From positions 39,184,001 to 39,248,000 of the forward strand of contig NC_043015.1 in the NCBI RefSeq assembly GCF_006345805.1: a DNA stretch of 64,000 bases, written 5' to 3'. Origin of the DNA: Octopus sinensis (taxonomy: Eukaryota). A program made the position numbers and the translations under genes. Within the stretch, counting starts at the first letter, position 1; every line of letters begins with the position of its first letter. The notes beneath the pieces are model-generated. The model searched no databases and was not told the DNA's origin. It was given only the letters and a program-made list of their open reading frames with translations. Below, piece by piece: positions 1-12,210 of the stretch.

Positions 1-179
1 TGTCGCTTTGTCCACTTATGACTATCTCTTGTTTTGTATAATATAATAAAAAAAAAGTGACGTTCGAGAAGCGGTGTGATGGTCACGAATCGAAGAGAGG
101 CTGAACTTCGTGGCAATATTACCATCGTTTTGCCACATTTGTGGCAAAATGTGAAAGCAATATATAGAGAAGGGAGTGT

Positions 180-224
180 TTATATATATATACACACATA
201 CATATCTATCTATCTATCTATCTA

Positions 225-265
<41 letters not shown>

Positions 266-278
266 ATCTATCTATCTC

Positions 279-311
<33 letters not shown>

Positions 312-500
312 TATAATATATACATACACATACTCGCATATATATATATACATATACGTGCATACATACATACCTACATACATACACATATATATACACA
401 CACACATGTAAACGCACACACATATATACACACTTGCATATATGTATTTATATATATGCATATATATATAATATACATGTGTGTATGTATGTATGGTATG

Positions 501-562
<62 letters not shown>

Positions 563-600
563 GTTGTGTGTGGTGTGTGTGTGTGTGGTGTGTGTGTGTG
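180..600. repeat. Compound microsatellite (TATC)n/(TA)n/(TG)n
   Basis: Directly visible. Representative of dozens of similar tracts across the window that generate most ORF-track entries. Confidence 0.95.
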
Positions 601-994
601 TAGCAGTGACATACAGACAAGTAATCTTAAATATTTTATGCAGATGGTACCAAGACAAAGGCGAATCTGTTGAATACTTGTTAAGCAGTGTATATAGAAG
701 AGAATAATACATATACAGACAGACGAGGGTGTTTAATAGAGAACTGAACAGATATGATAGGAGAAAAAGGGAGAAATTGATGTCTGGAGAGAAACCATTC
801 TGACTTTCAGCTAAAACATAGGAATATATTTCTCGTAGAACTCTGAAGAACTTTTACAGAATCAGGAATCAGAAGCGATTTTGAATACATTTCTGGTGTT
901 TTTCTGATTATCCAAATGTATTATCAAAGACGTTCTATCCATGAACATCCTGTCTTATGGTACTCAGGGACACTGTATTGTCTAATGTGTCATT

Positions 995-1217
995 AAGGCG
1001 ACGAGCTGGCAGAAACGTTAGCACGCCGGACGAAATGCTAAGCGGTATTTCGTCCGTCGCTACGTTCTGAGTTCAAATTCCGCCGAGGCCGACTTTGCCT
1101 TTTATCCTTTCGGGGTCGATAAATTAAGTACCAGTGAAACACCGGGGTTGATGTAATCGACTCATCCCCTCCTCCAAAATGGCTGCCCATGTGGCAAAAT
1201 GTGAAACCATTATCTAC
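995..1217 (+). mobile_element. tRNA-derived SINE, family A, monomer with 9-bp TSD
   Basis: Head ggcgacgagctggcagaaacgttagc and B-box-like gagttcaaattcc. Shared core gactttgcctttyatcctttcggggtcgat. TSD tgtgtcatt at 986-994 and 1218-1226. Confidence 0.85.
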
Positions 1218-2965
1218 TGTGTCATTTCCTTTAAGGCAGTAAATTGTTTCTAATGGTTGTCATTTGCGGTGTTAATGCAGGTGATGGCGATGTTGGATGT
1301 GCTACCGAGGACAGTTGTAATGGTAGTTGATGTTTGTGATGTGGTGGCGGTGGTGGTTGTGTTAGTGAGGATGGTTGTGGTGGTGATGATGGCTGTGGTG
1401 GTGGTAGCGGAGTATATCTATGAAGAATGCGATATGCAGAGGAACCTGGTCAAATCGATATCGTCGACAAATTTGAATGCTATCGTTGGCACTCTGCTGG
1501 TTCTTATTTAACCATTTATCTCTCACAACGAAGCCCGCCTTTTTAAGATAGGTACTATGAAGAGGTACAATCCTTCGACACTTTAACAGCAGTGCTGCAT
1601 TTAAAGTTTATTGTGTACACAGAGAAACTGCTTCGATATATTTTGTCTCGAACCACAACACAAAGAAAAACTCCCCTGGGTTAGGAAGCATTACTTTGGC
1701 GAACATTTATCCGGCATTCTTAACATTTAGCCTCCTAAGATCTGCGAAATATTTGTTCTTTGACAAAGAAAAATTCAGGAGTAAAGGAAAAGCACGGAAA
1801 CCATGAAGAGATTGGCAGGAATAAACCAATAAGGAAGCTGGAGATTAGATCGATTTTCGGCTTAAAGGATATAAATTAACTGGTCAGGAACAGCAAGTCA
1901 AAATATATTACCCTTTGTCTGTGGAGCCCCCCCCCCAGTCGTCTCGGCGTTTTCTCTGATTCTCATCGATTTTCCCATGTGTTACAAGGAAATATTATCA
2001 TTTTGTCGAAATTTCCTTTTCATTTGATAATAGTTTAATATAAATCATGCTATTATTATAACCAGCAATGCATTTATTATAACCAGGAGTAACAAGAACG
2101 GCGATTTCCTATCACTGTCATATGAAAATAGATTTTTTTTTTTAAGAAAAAAAGAAATTCTTCAATGCTGTCAAATTATTCCAGAAGTTTGTTTCCTATA
2201 ATTCAAAATATATGAGAGAAAAAACACAAATCGCTGAATTAGCACTTTGCATGAAAACCCACCTCCATCATCATCACCACCACCACGACTACCAATGTGG
2301 GGGTATTTATGAATTTTATATATAATTTATCATTACATGAAGATGAACGGTTATTTGAACGGTAAAAGACCTTATCGTGATTCTGTTTATCAATGCTATT
2401 TATAACATTATATATATATAAAGATATTATAATATAGATATAATATATTACAGTTACTGTCATAGGATAATGGCGGCTGTCTATTTTCGTCGCTGTAAGT
2501 AATACTACGCAAGGGGGCGCTCGCACACACACACACAATAATTACAATTTTACTTTATTCAGATTTCGTGGTGTCTCTATTAAAGGAAGAATAATGAAAT
2601 GAATATTAATTTTTAAATCGAAAATATTTAAATTAATATAAAATTACACAAAACAAACTTCTCATCTGCATATTTTGTGGTGTACGTGATATCAATGACA
2701 AAAATATTAACTGCTAATTGATTTATAATGCAACTTTATCCGATATAAACAACAAAGGATGAAAATATTGACCCAACATAACTAGTCACACGAGAGGTAA
2801 CGCGAGAGCGAAGACATCTAAACACTTGTTAGTCCCGGGAGTAAGATAGGCCTTAGATGACCAGTGTTGTCTCCCTTTGGAGATGGACACGGAAAGAAAG
2901 ACACACTGGTAATTTATATTAATTGGAGATATTTTACAGAATGTCATTAATTATCAGCGGCGGAA

Positions 2966-3347
2966 AGGCGGCGAGATGGCAGAATCGTTAGCGCGCAGGA
3001 CGAAATACTTAGCATTATTTCGTCCGACGCTACGTTCTGAGTTCAAATTTCGCCGAGGTCGACTTTGCCTTTCATCCTTTCGGGGTCGATAAAATAAGTA
3101 CCAGTTACGCACTGGGGTCGATGTAATCGACTTAATCCGTTTGTCTGTCCTTGTTTGTCCCCTCTATGTTTAGCCCCTTGTGGGTAGTAAAGAAATAGGT
3201 ATTTCGTCTGCCGTTACGTTCTGAGTTCAACGACTTTGCCTTTCATCCTTCGGGGTCGATGAAATGAGTACCACTTGAACACTGAGGTCGATGTAATCAA
3301 TTAGTCCCCTCCCACCAAATTTCTGCCCTTATGGCAAAATTTCAAAC
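2966..3347 (+). mobile_element. SINE family A with internal 184-bp tandem duplication and 21-bp TSD
   Basis: Unit start (g/t)tatttcgtc at 3015 and 3199. TSD cattaattatcagcgRcggaa at 2945-2965 and 3348-3368. Confidence 0.85.
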
Positions 3348-3790
3348 CATTAATTATCAGCGACGGAAGCAGTTTTAATACGAAAAGATAATCTTTATAT
3401 CCAACATAAAATGTATATCTTATTAGACTACCGAATACTGCGTTTTTAGCCTTGGGAGATCTTCTCATACAGGTGCTCGGTGCATAAAAGGATACACGTT
3501 GATCATAGCAGGCAAGAATCGTCTGTCATGAGGCCGGTGTTCCCATATCATGCGATTTCATCCTACTGGACGTCATCAGTGGCTGGCATCCAGTCACAGT
3601 ATGCCAATCAAATCACGCTGCTATGATGTATGGGATATCAGCATCCTTTCAGACACTGATGTCGCAGATAACCAGTTGGTTAATTAAAAATTAATTATTA
3701 GCGACGGAAGCAGTAATAATGCTAAAAAGTAATCTTTATATCCAACTAAACATGGACGTCTTAGAACAACGAACTGTGTGTTTGTTTTTA
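3348..3790 (-). mobile_element. Retrozyme-like element: 341-bp-period direct repeat enclosing a type I hammerhead
   Basis: 3351-3405 repeats at 3692-3746 (about 7 mismatches in 55 nt, weaker similarity to about 3790). HHR fold lies on the minus strand between the repeats. Confidence 0.55.
3520..3605 (-). ncRNA. Type I hammerhead ribozyme fold
   Basis: Minus strand reads CCA-CUGAUGA-C-GUCC(AGUA)GGAU-GAAA-UC(GCAU)GA-UA^UGG. Core at 3579-3573, GAAA at 3559-3556, predicted cut between 3546 and 3545. Stem I CCA/UGG plus an imperfect distal helix GAUGCC/GGCCUC. Confidence 0.65.
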
Positions 3791-4272
3791 TGCACAAACC
3801 GTCAATATGAGGATTCCTCTCAAGGCTAATATTCGGCGATCTAATTTACCGATACAAGCAAAAGATAGAAGTGATGAAGATATCTGCAAAATCTTAAGAC
3901 GAACTCATATTTAAACAAGAACACACAGACACACACAAGTATGCTTATTCACATTTATAGAAACTATAAAACACAGGGAATTCACTAAAATCATTTTTAC
4001 AAGACTGCGGAGGTGACAGGGATATAAAGATTACCTTTAGAAATGTCACATCTTATATGTATATGTGCCTCTGTGTGTAGAGAGAGAGATTCTTATGTAA
4101 CACACATACTTACATACCTCTATATATAAATTGAGGACTGTTTCTCTTTCAAACAACCTGTTTACCAATCGACTGATCTCGATCAAAATATAAGGAAATG
4201 ATAGAAATACAGATCAAAACTTGGCCCCACACCATTTTATAAACACACACACACACACACGCACACACACAC

Positions 4273-4329
<57 letters not shown>

Positions 4330-5460
4330 CCACACACATTACTCGACCCACGAAACCTGTAACCCCGCTGGTTCTAATGCTAAATGTTTGGTCGCTATTT
4401 CTGGCAGTTCGAAACTGCATTGTTACAGTAACTAAAATGTCTGAGACTTAAAGATTAAAAAAAAAAGACAAAAGTGAAGATTGTGGAGCGTTTGGTAATA
4501 TTTAGTAGAGCAGCCAGTAATGGCGAGCGAAATATAATAATAATAATTCCAACGTTAAGTGTCCATTAATTTCGTACTCAAGTTCTTCAATTGCCGACTA
4601 ATGTCACTTTAGTTTCATTGACCTTCAACTCATAAAAAATAACTCTCGTACCAATACCTTGTCCATTATCTACGCCCAGAAATAACTGCAGGATGTTATT
4701 CAAATGGGAATGTCCGGTCTCACACCGGAAATCGGAATTGGTTTTCACAATCACTGTTCCTGTAAATGATGATGATGATGATGATGGTGATGGTGATGAT
4801 GGTGATGGTGATGATGGTGATGATGTTTGCTGCTGCTATTGTTGTTGTTTTGGCTACTCTTTCACTTCTTGTTTCAGTGCAACACACGAGCCATTCGGTT
4901 CATTTTCAAGAACCCTATCATATATTACTATATGTTTGTGTGTGTGTATTCATACATACACACACATGTTTGTATGTACGTCTATATACATATATATATA
5001 TATGTATGCATGCCCCTTTTCTTTCAATGCTTACTGGATCCGGAGGAAGGGTCAGTGATGGTGTGAATTAGTGTTAAAACTCTAACATGTCTGTGTAAAA
5101 TCGTGCCACATCGTTCCTGGTTCCAGGCTGAGTCTTCCCTTAAGGAACCTTTCACGACTTTAATCGTCTAAATCAAAACAACATCACTTATAGTTCTTCA
5201 CTAAACCCGCCAATTACTAATTGCAATTCTCATTTAAACATTTTCAAATTGCAGATGCGGCACAGCGGAGGCACTTGTTCATTGCTAAGGTTGACCCCCA
5301 GTTCATGGCCAAAGCTTAATCTTGCGCTGCCAGTACAGTATAGTACCCATGGTCTCTTTCTTTAGGGATATTTTCATCAGCCAGTCCCCCCCCCCACATG
5401 CTTTCCAGCAACTTCTGTTTTTGGTTAAGACTTCCAAAGGTTTAATTGTTGAAGAATATT

Positions 5461-5635
5461 CTTTTGTACTCTAGGCACAAAGCCCGAAATTTTGGGGGAG
5501 GGGGCCAGTCGATTAGATCGACCCCAGTACACAACGGGTACTTAATTTAAGGCAAAGTCGACCTCGGCGGAATTTGAACTCAGAACATAAAGACAGACGA
5601 AGTATCGCTAAGTATTTCGCGCAGCTCGCCGCCTT
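5461..5635 (-). mobile_element. SINE family A, internally deleted, 16-bp TSD
   Basis: Reverse complement of family A head and core. TSD attgttgaagaatatt at 5445-5460 and 5636-5651. Confidence 0.85.
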
Positions 5636-6214
5636 ATTGTTGAAGAATATTATTATTGTTGTTATTTCTCTTTTCTTGGAACTCTTGGGGTCTTACATGC
5701 GTAGTGAGTTTGCTACCTGCAGCCTACGGTACCATGCTATCCATTCTTTTCACCTATCTAATACTTTCCTGATTATTCTGGCCGTGCCAAAGAGGCTAAT
5801 TTTTCATAACAGTTTTTTTCTGGGCTCTCTATTCCAATTTCCTTTATATTCCCCTCGATGTCTTCCGATACAGTTCCCAAGGCTCCAACAAAAATTATTG
5901 GCACTATCTTCATCTTCATTTTCCATAGCCGGGCTATTTCGTACTTAAGAGGGTTGTATCTATCTATCTTTTCGCCTTCCTGCTTGACTATTCGTGGGTC
6001 AGTGCGGCATACAGCATCAACTTATATAACACATGTGGTGCATCTTGTCCACCACCATTAGGTCCGGTCTGTTATGCTCAAGCATCTGATTTGTTTGGAT
6101 TGGGAAATCCCAGAGGATTTTGCTAGCCTCCGACTCCACCACTCTCCGCGGTTCGTACTCATACCACGTCTTACCTCTCTCTAGCCCCCACTATTAGCTC
6201 TGCCTTGAAGGAAG

Positions 6215-6390
6215 CTTTACTTCTTGGACTCACGTTTTTGTGTGCAACGATGTTGTTAAACCTCTGTTAACAGCACCGTATGCAGGTCCGTTCCATCTTC
6301 TTCCAATCACGGATAAAGTTTTCACTATAGACTTTAATGGTCGTAAAGACACTATATCAGTGGATAGACTAAAAAAGGCCTTCATAAAGA
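6215..6390 (+). pseudogene. Ty3/Gypsy integrase C-terminal remnant (GPY/F region)
   Basis: Translation THVFVCNDVVKPLLTAPYAGPFHLL...KVFTIDFNGRKDTISVDRLKKAF matches the typical Gypsy integrase C-terminal pattern. No LTRs were identified. Confidence 0.65.
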
Positions 6391-6699
6391 AAAACTGTCC
6401 TTCTTCCCACTGCAGACGACACACACACACAGCATCACAAACCCCACCCGCACACCCACCTTCACATTCCATGACTACCAGTGGGATCGATGAGGTACCA
6501 GACAAGGATTCTGGATTATTTTTCCGTTTCTGTTTTTACTTATTCTTGAGAGCAGTCGGGTTCATTTTTAGTTTTCTCATTTGTGAGAGCAGTTGAGTTT
6601 ATTTCAGATATTCTCGTTTTAAAAATCGTCTCTGGCTAATCATTGAGAGGACGTTGGTGTTGCCTTGGCAGAGGTTTGTTCTCTCTGAGTGCTCTTGTT

Positions 6700-6703
6700 C
6701 ATG

Positions 6704-6784
<81 letters not shown>

Positions 6785-6792
6785 TATTATAT

Positions 6793-6835
<43 letters not shown>

Positions 6836-6895
6836 CTATTGTTGTTGTTATTATTACTATTGTTGTTGCTGCTGTTGGTGTAGTTGTTGTTGTTA
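6700..6895. repeat. (TTA)n grading into (TTG)n microsatellite
   Basis: Directly visible. Confidence 0.95.
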
Positions 6896-6990
6896 AGGTG
6901 GTGAGCTGGCATTATCGTTTGTACACCGGATAAAATGCTTAGCAGCATTTATTCCAGCCATCTTTACGTTCTGAGTCCAAAATTCCGCCG
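6896..6990 (+). mobile_element. SINE family A head fragment, degenerate
   Basis: ggtgagctggc...aaatgcttagc...tacgttctgagtccaaaattccgccg. Confidence 0.6.
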
Positions 6991-8146
6991 AAACCAACAC
7001 TAATAATAATTCTAACTTTTAAATTATTTTTCGTACTTAATGAATAATAATTTCTAATAGTCAACATACAAACAGCAAATAACATATTATAATTCCTAAT
7101 ATAGACAACATGTGGACGACACATTGTGTGAGAGTCTGGTACTTCATGTTTAACATGTGGGAAAGTAGAAAAAGATAGAGTCGACATTGGCAGGATTAGA
7201 ACTCGGAGCATAAACGGCTGGTTGTAACTAAATACAAGTCATTTAATCTTGGATCTGTCATCAACTCCCCTCGCTCCACCATCTAGTCCGGCATCATCTG
7301 TCTGTCATCCGATTCTCTCATCCGCCCTCTCGTACATGGAATGAAATAATATAAATAAAAGAGATTGCTGTATAATGTTGAATGAAATGTAAAAGTGTTA
7401 CTTGTGGAACTTAATTTTCTACAGGAAAACATCGAGAAACAATATCAGATGCGATGATTCGCTTTAAGTTGTGTGACAATGGGAAAATATGAAAGATTTC
7501 TCTGTTAGATAATAAGTTTATTCACGTCTTTATAAAGATATTTTCAATAGAGATATCTCAGGTGTTGTGTTTGGTCGACAATGATTCTCTAAAGACAGGA
7601 TATGTGCACAAAAAATGGAAAATGTAACTAAGAAGTTCTGTAAAGAATTGAAAATGGAATCTGAACAAAAAATTGATTGAGGAAGAAAAATGTTTATCAT
7701 TGAAAAAAAAATAAAGATTTTTTTCAAAAGATTCCATCAAATTGTTTTCATCTTTTAGTAATTTTCGGTTTTATTTCTCACGTGAAATGATTGGGAAATT
7801 TGTAATGCTGTTGTTTTATTGAAGAGAGTGTTGTGTTCGAACCCTCTTCTCATTTACAACTTTGCAAAAGCTGGTAGCAACATGAAAGCGGAGTTGTTTG
7901 CAATTTCCTCCATGTTGGAAAGATGCGGGTCTGACTCGACGCACAGACAGACATGGCGGTGGCTGGGTAAAATGAAGAAACAGACAGAAGTGATGTAACA
8001 GTAGTGTGACGTCATAGGGAACAGAGGTTTGGTTCAATGATTAGATCTGGAGTTAGGGGGGGACTAATTAGTTTCTCAAACACACACACACACACACACA
8101 ATAATGACAAAACACGGAAGATAGAATAAACAAGAACAACAGCGGC

Positions 8147-8202
<56 letters not shown>

Positions 8203-8430
8203 TAATAATAATACTGACGAGGAGAAAGAGGCGGAAATGGTTTAGATGGTTTAAATACAACTATTAAGGAAAGCATAAAATGTGGTTAGTGAACACCGAG
8301 TTTACCAGAACCAGAATAGCATCACAAGCGACACCACCCCCACCACTACCACCACCACCACTACCACCATACTAACTTCAATATAAGCGTGTGTGTGCAT
8401 GTGTTTATATATATATATATATATTTAGGT

Positions 8431-8769
8431 TTCTGGATTTGGTTTGCAAGATTCTTTATATGAGTTCGTGTGTTGAAGCATATTCTGTTGTGTCTGGGGA
8501 GAGTCATTTTCTTTTTGTGTCTTATAATATTTACACATTCACCGGTAAAATTTCCACTTATTTCTTATTTTTATTTTCTTAAAATTTTCGTTGCGTCTTG
8601 CAACCTTTTCAATTGTCTTGACTATTTCAAGAGTCAAAACTATTGAAAAGGTTGCAAGACGCAACGAAAATTGTAGGACAATAAAAATAAGAAATAAGTG
8701 GAAAATGTACCGGTGAATGTGTAAATATTATAAGACACAAAAAGAAAATGACTCTCCCCAGACACAACA

Positions 8770-8775
<6 letters not shown>
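8431..8775. mobile_element. Fold-back copy of a short Penelope-like family (family F): 144-bp inverted arms, 8-nt loop
   Basis: Arms 8480-8623 and 8632-8775 differ at 7 positions by manual alignment. HHR-like fold at 8640-8676. Related copies at 61.5, 62.3 and 62.9 kb. Confidence 0.75.
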
Positions 8776-8812
<37 letters not shown>

Positions 8813-8816
<4 letters not shown>

Positions 8817-8995
8817 CTCCGTCGGTTACGACGACGAGGGTTCCAGTTGATCCGATCAACGGAACAGCCTGCTCGTGAGATTAAATGCAAGTGGCTGAGC
8901 ACTCCACAGACACATGTACCCGTAACGTAGCTCTCAAGGAGATCAAGCGTGACACAGAGTGTGACAAGACTGGCACTTTGAAATACAGGTACAAT
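8813..8995 (-). mobile_element. SINE 3' portion (family with ...gatcaactggaaccctcgtcgtcgtaaccgacggag tail)
   Basis: Second copy at 38340-38452 shares ctccgtcggttacgacgacgag...gcaagtggctgag. Confidence 0.7.
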
Positions 8996-10528
8996 ACACA
9001 CACACCACACACACATATATATACATACACGCACACAGATATACTACAGACTTGTACACACACAGTACATATATATAATCTGTAAGAATGCTAAAGTGGC
9101 GTTTCAAAATAAGTGTATCACTGTAAATCTTAGAATGCATCTTGAATAGTGAGGGGTGGGGAAGTGCCGTCCGGTGCACCTCCTTAATGGGGGTGAAAGC
9201 AAATAGTCGAATTGTGACAGAAAACCCCGAATATAGATGACAACAATACTCTATTCTCTTCTCTTTTTTCTCCTCTTCTCACCATTAAAATCATTTCTTT
9301 GATATTTTCTCTCCGCCAAACTTTTAATTCCTTTTATATAAATTCCTTTATATTCTGCATCCATTTTTACAATGTCCGCTTTTATCTCAAACAAAACCTC
9401 CCATTTCTAACTACAAATGCCATCAGCTGAACCAAATACCTCATTCGTTGGAAAAGTTCGTTCAGAGCGAAACATACGGCCGTGTGTGACGAATTTTTTT
9501 TGAGTTTAATCACAAACATCATTTTCTACGTCTTACAGGAGAGAGTGTGGGAATGACGTCTTAGTCAGACTGGCGTTCTATCCATGAGAAATTTAACAAT
9601 CACTCACTTCATACCACTAAAATGAAGCTATGTACCGGCGCAGAAAAGAAGGAATAATTCGGATCTTTGCGAGGACATTTTAAACAACAATAGCATGAAC
9701 ATGACGAATAATAACTACAACAACAAGTTTGATATTAATAATTAGGAAAATGGACGGGGGCGGGGGGTGCACCCATCCAAACCCTGCTCCCACGCCGCTA
9801 CGGACAAGCTGCTGGGGAGGCTTCGACGCGATTCTGGTCACTGTAAACACTCGTAATAAAATAATATAATTAATTTAATAGCAAAATTATATTGATTCCG
9901 TGTCTTCAGTTAAGAGGGAGAGGCTGTGGTGTTGGTGGTGTTGGTGGTGGTGGTGGTGTTTATTTGAGGAATGTCAAACTGGTGTGGGGCAGAGGGGAGA
10001 GATGGGGAATTTGGTAGGAGTAATTTAAGAAAAAAAGGGTGGGGGGCTGTGGCGTTGGGTGTTTTCGTTACTTCGGGGTAACCTCCGTTGAATTCCTTAA
10101 TCCTTTGGGGCAGGGAAAACGTGAGGGGAAAACTAAAACGAACATTATCAATTAAATAAACACACACACACACATACACGCACACACGAATATATAGTTA
10201 TACATTGACATACACGCTTTTGTAAATATTTAAAAATAATATGTGTGTGTATATATACGTGTGAGGGTGTGTGTACATCTATGCAGATATAAAAGACACA
10301 CACAATATATATATATATATATTAATATATATATATGCGCGCGTGTGTGTATACACATACACGAATATATATATGCATGTTATACACATATACAGGTTTG
10401 TATTTGTAAACATATACATCATACATATATGTGTGTGTGTGTGTGTATATATATATTTTATGTATTATATATATATATATATAATCTATATATATTATTT
10501 ATATTGATGGTATAAATGTGTGTACATA

Positions 10529-10561
<33 letters not shown>

Positions 10562-10582
10562 CACAATACATATGTACACATT

Positions 10583-10628
<46 letters not shown>

Positions 10629-10680
10629 CACAATACATATGTACACATTTATATACACAACACACGCCACCACACAATAT

Positions 10681-10719
<39 letters not shown>

Positions 10720-10866
10720 CATATAGTCTGTGTCTGTCCAAGCCTGTTAGCTTTTTGAAAATAAAATGTTTAAATGATGCCGGACTTCTGGGACATCTTG
10801 CAGTTAATTGTGTGTATATAAGTGTATAAATGGTATAAATGTATGTGTGTGTATATGTGCATGTGC

Positions 10867-10917
<51 letters not shown>

Positions 10918-10919
10918 TA

Positions 10920-10997
<78 letters not shown>

Positions 10998-11174
10998 ACT
11001 GTCTGTCTGTCTGTATGTATGTATGTATAGATTCGTGTGTGTTCGTGTAACCGGTGGTAAAGAGAAAACCAAATCGATATCGATGAGGGCGGTGATAGGA
11101 AACTGTGATTAGCGAACAATTCCCTGGTCATTTGTTAAATGTTTTATATTAAAGATTATTAAAGATATAAACGA

Positions 11175-11268
11175 GCGGTAGGGGGCGCCACCAGGGTTTG
11201 GCTTGCAGAACACGTGTTCGGGACGTGTTTAACTCAGGCTATCTTCCATGTTGCTAGGTCAGGGGTGA
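11175..11268 (+). promoter_or_regulatory. Candidate cis-regulatory cluster (CTCF-like, E-box palindrome, DR1)
   Basis: GCGGTAGGGGGCGCCA at 11175-11190, GAACACGTGTTC at 11208-11219, AGGTCA-G-GGGTGA at 11256-11268. Motif matches only. Confidence 0.3.
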
Positions 11269-11820
11269 ACGGGTAGATGTCGTTACTATTATTAGTTATA
11301 GTGTTCGGGCAGGCGGGGGTGGGGGAGTGTTTCGAGAGAGGGGTGAGGTGGTGAGTAAAAGAAAAAAAGGAGAAGACAAGGAACAGTTTTTATTCTATTA
11401 CAAATGTCTTAAAGACACGACTGTTCCACTTGAATTTTTGAATCAAGTTAGTTTTCATATTTCCATAGATTTTTTTTATATGTTGGAACAGTAACGTTTG
11501 TGGATCTCGTTCTCACCTTCAGAATGAAGTGATGGTTGTGGCGAGTTGTTGCACATTTTGTAATGTTTATATTTAAGGTTCATAGGACTGAAGCATTTCG
11601 TTAAAATAACGCCAGATTTAAAATTGTAGCGTTAAAATAAGATAAAATGTCTATTGTCATAAAGCTGAGCTGCTCCTAGGGTTTATATCTTCTATTGGTA
11701 TAAAGTTGGGGTACCTCCTAAAATCTCAAGTATTTGGGTTGAAAACATGAAAAGAAAAAAGGACTGAGGGAAAATTAAACCATTAGGGAGAGAAAAGGGT
11801 GGAATTGAATGAGAAAGATA

Positions 11821-12210
11821 AGGCGCAGGAGTAGGTTCCGGGTTTATTCCCACTGCGTGGCACCTTGAGCAAGTGTTTTTTTACTATATCCTCGGGCCGA
11901 TTAAAGCCTTGTGATTGGATTTGGTAGACGGAAACTGAAAGAAGCCCGTCATATATATGTATGTATATGTATGTGTGTGTATATGTTTGTGTGTGTATAT
12001 GTTTGTGTGCCTGTGTTTGACCCCACCAATATCGCTTGACAACCGATGGTGGTGTGTTTACGTCTCCGTCACTTAGCGGTTCGGCAAAAGAGACCGATAG
12101 AATAAGTACTAGGCTTACAAAGAATAAGTCCTGGGGTCAATTTGCGCGTCTAAAGGCGGTGCTCCAGCATGGCCACAGTCAACTGACTGAAACCAGTAAA
12201 AGAGTAAAGA
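11821..12210 (+). mobile_element. tRNA-derived SINE, family B (internal TA/TG microsatellite)
   Basis: ggcgcaggag...cccactgcgtggcaccttg...gacggaaactgaaagaagcccgtc...gaataagtactaggcttacaaagaataagtcctgggg...ggcggtgctccagcatggcc tail. Many copies in the window. Confidence 0.85.

Noticed and set aside
4565-4600. Possible minus-strand hammerhead ttgaagaacttgagtacgaaa
   Set aside because: Stem II register does not fit the core spacing without several assumed mutations.
9539-9640. Strong plus-strand acceptor
   Set aside because: All three frames stop within about 50 nt and there is no clear donor.
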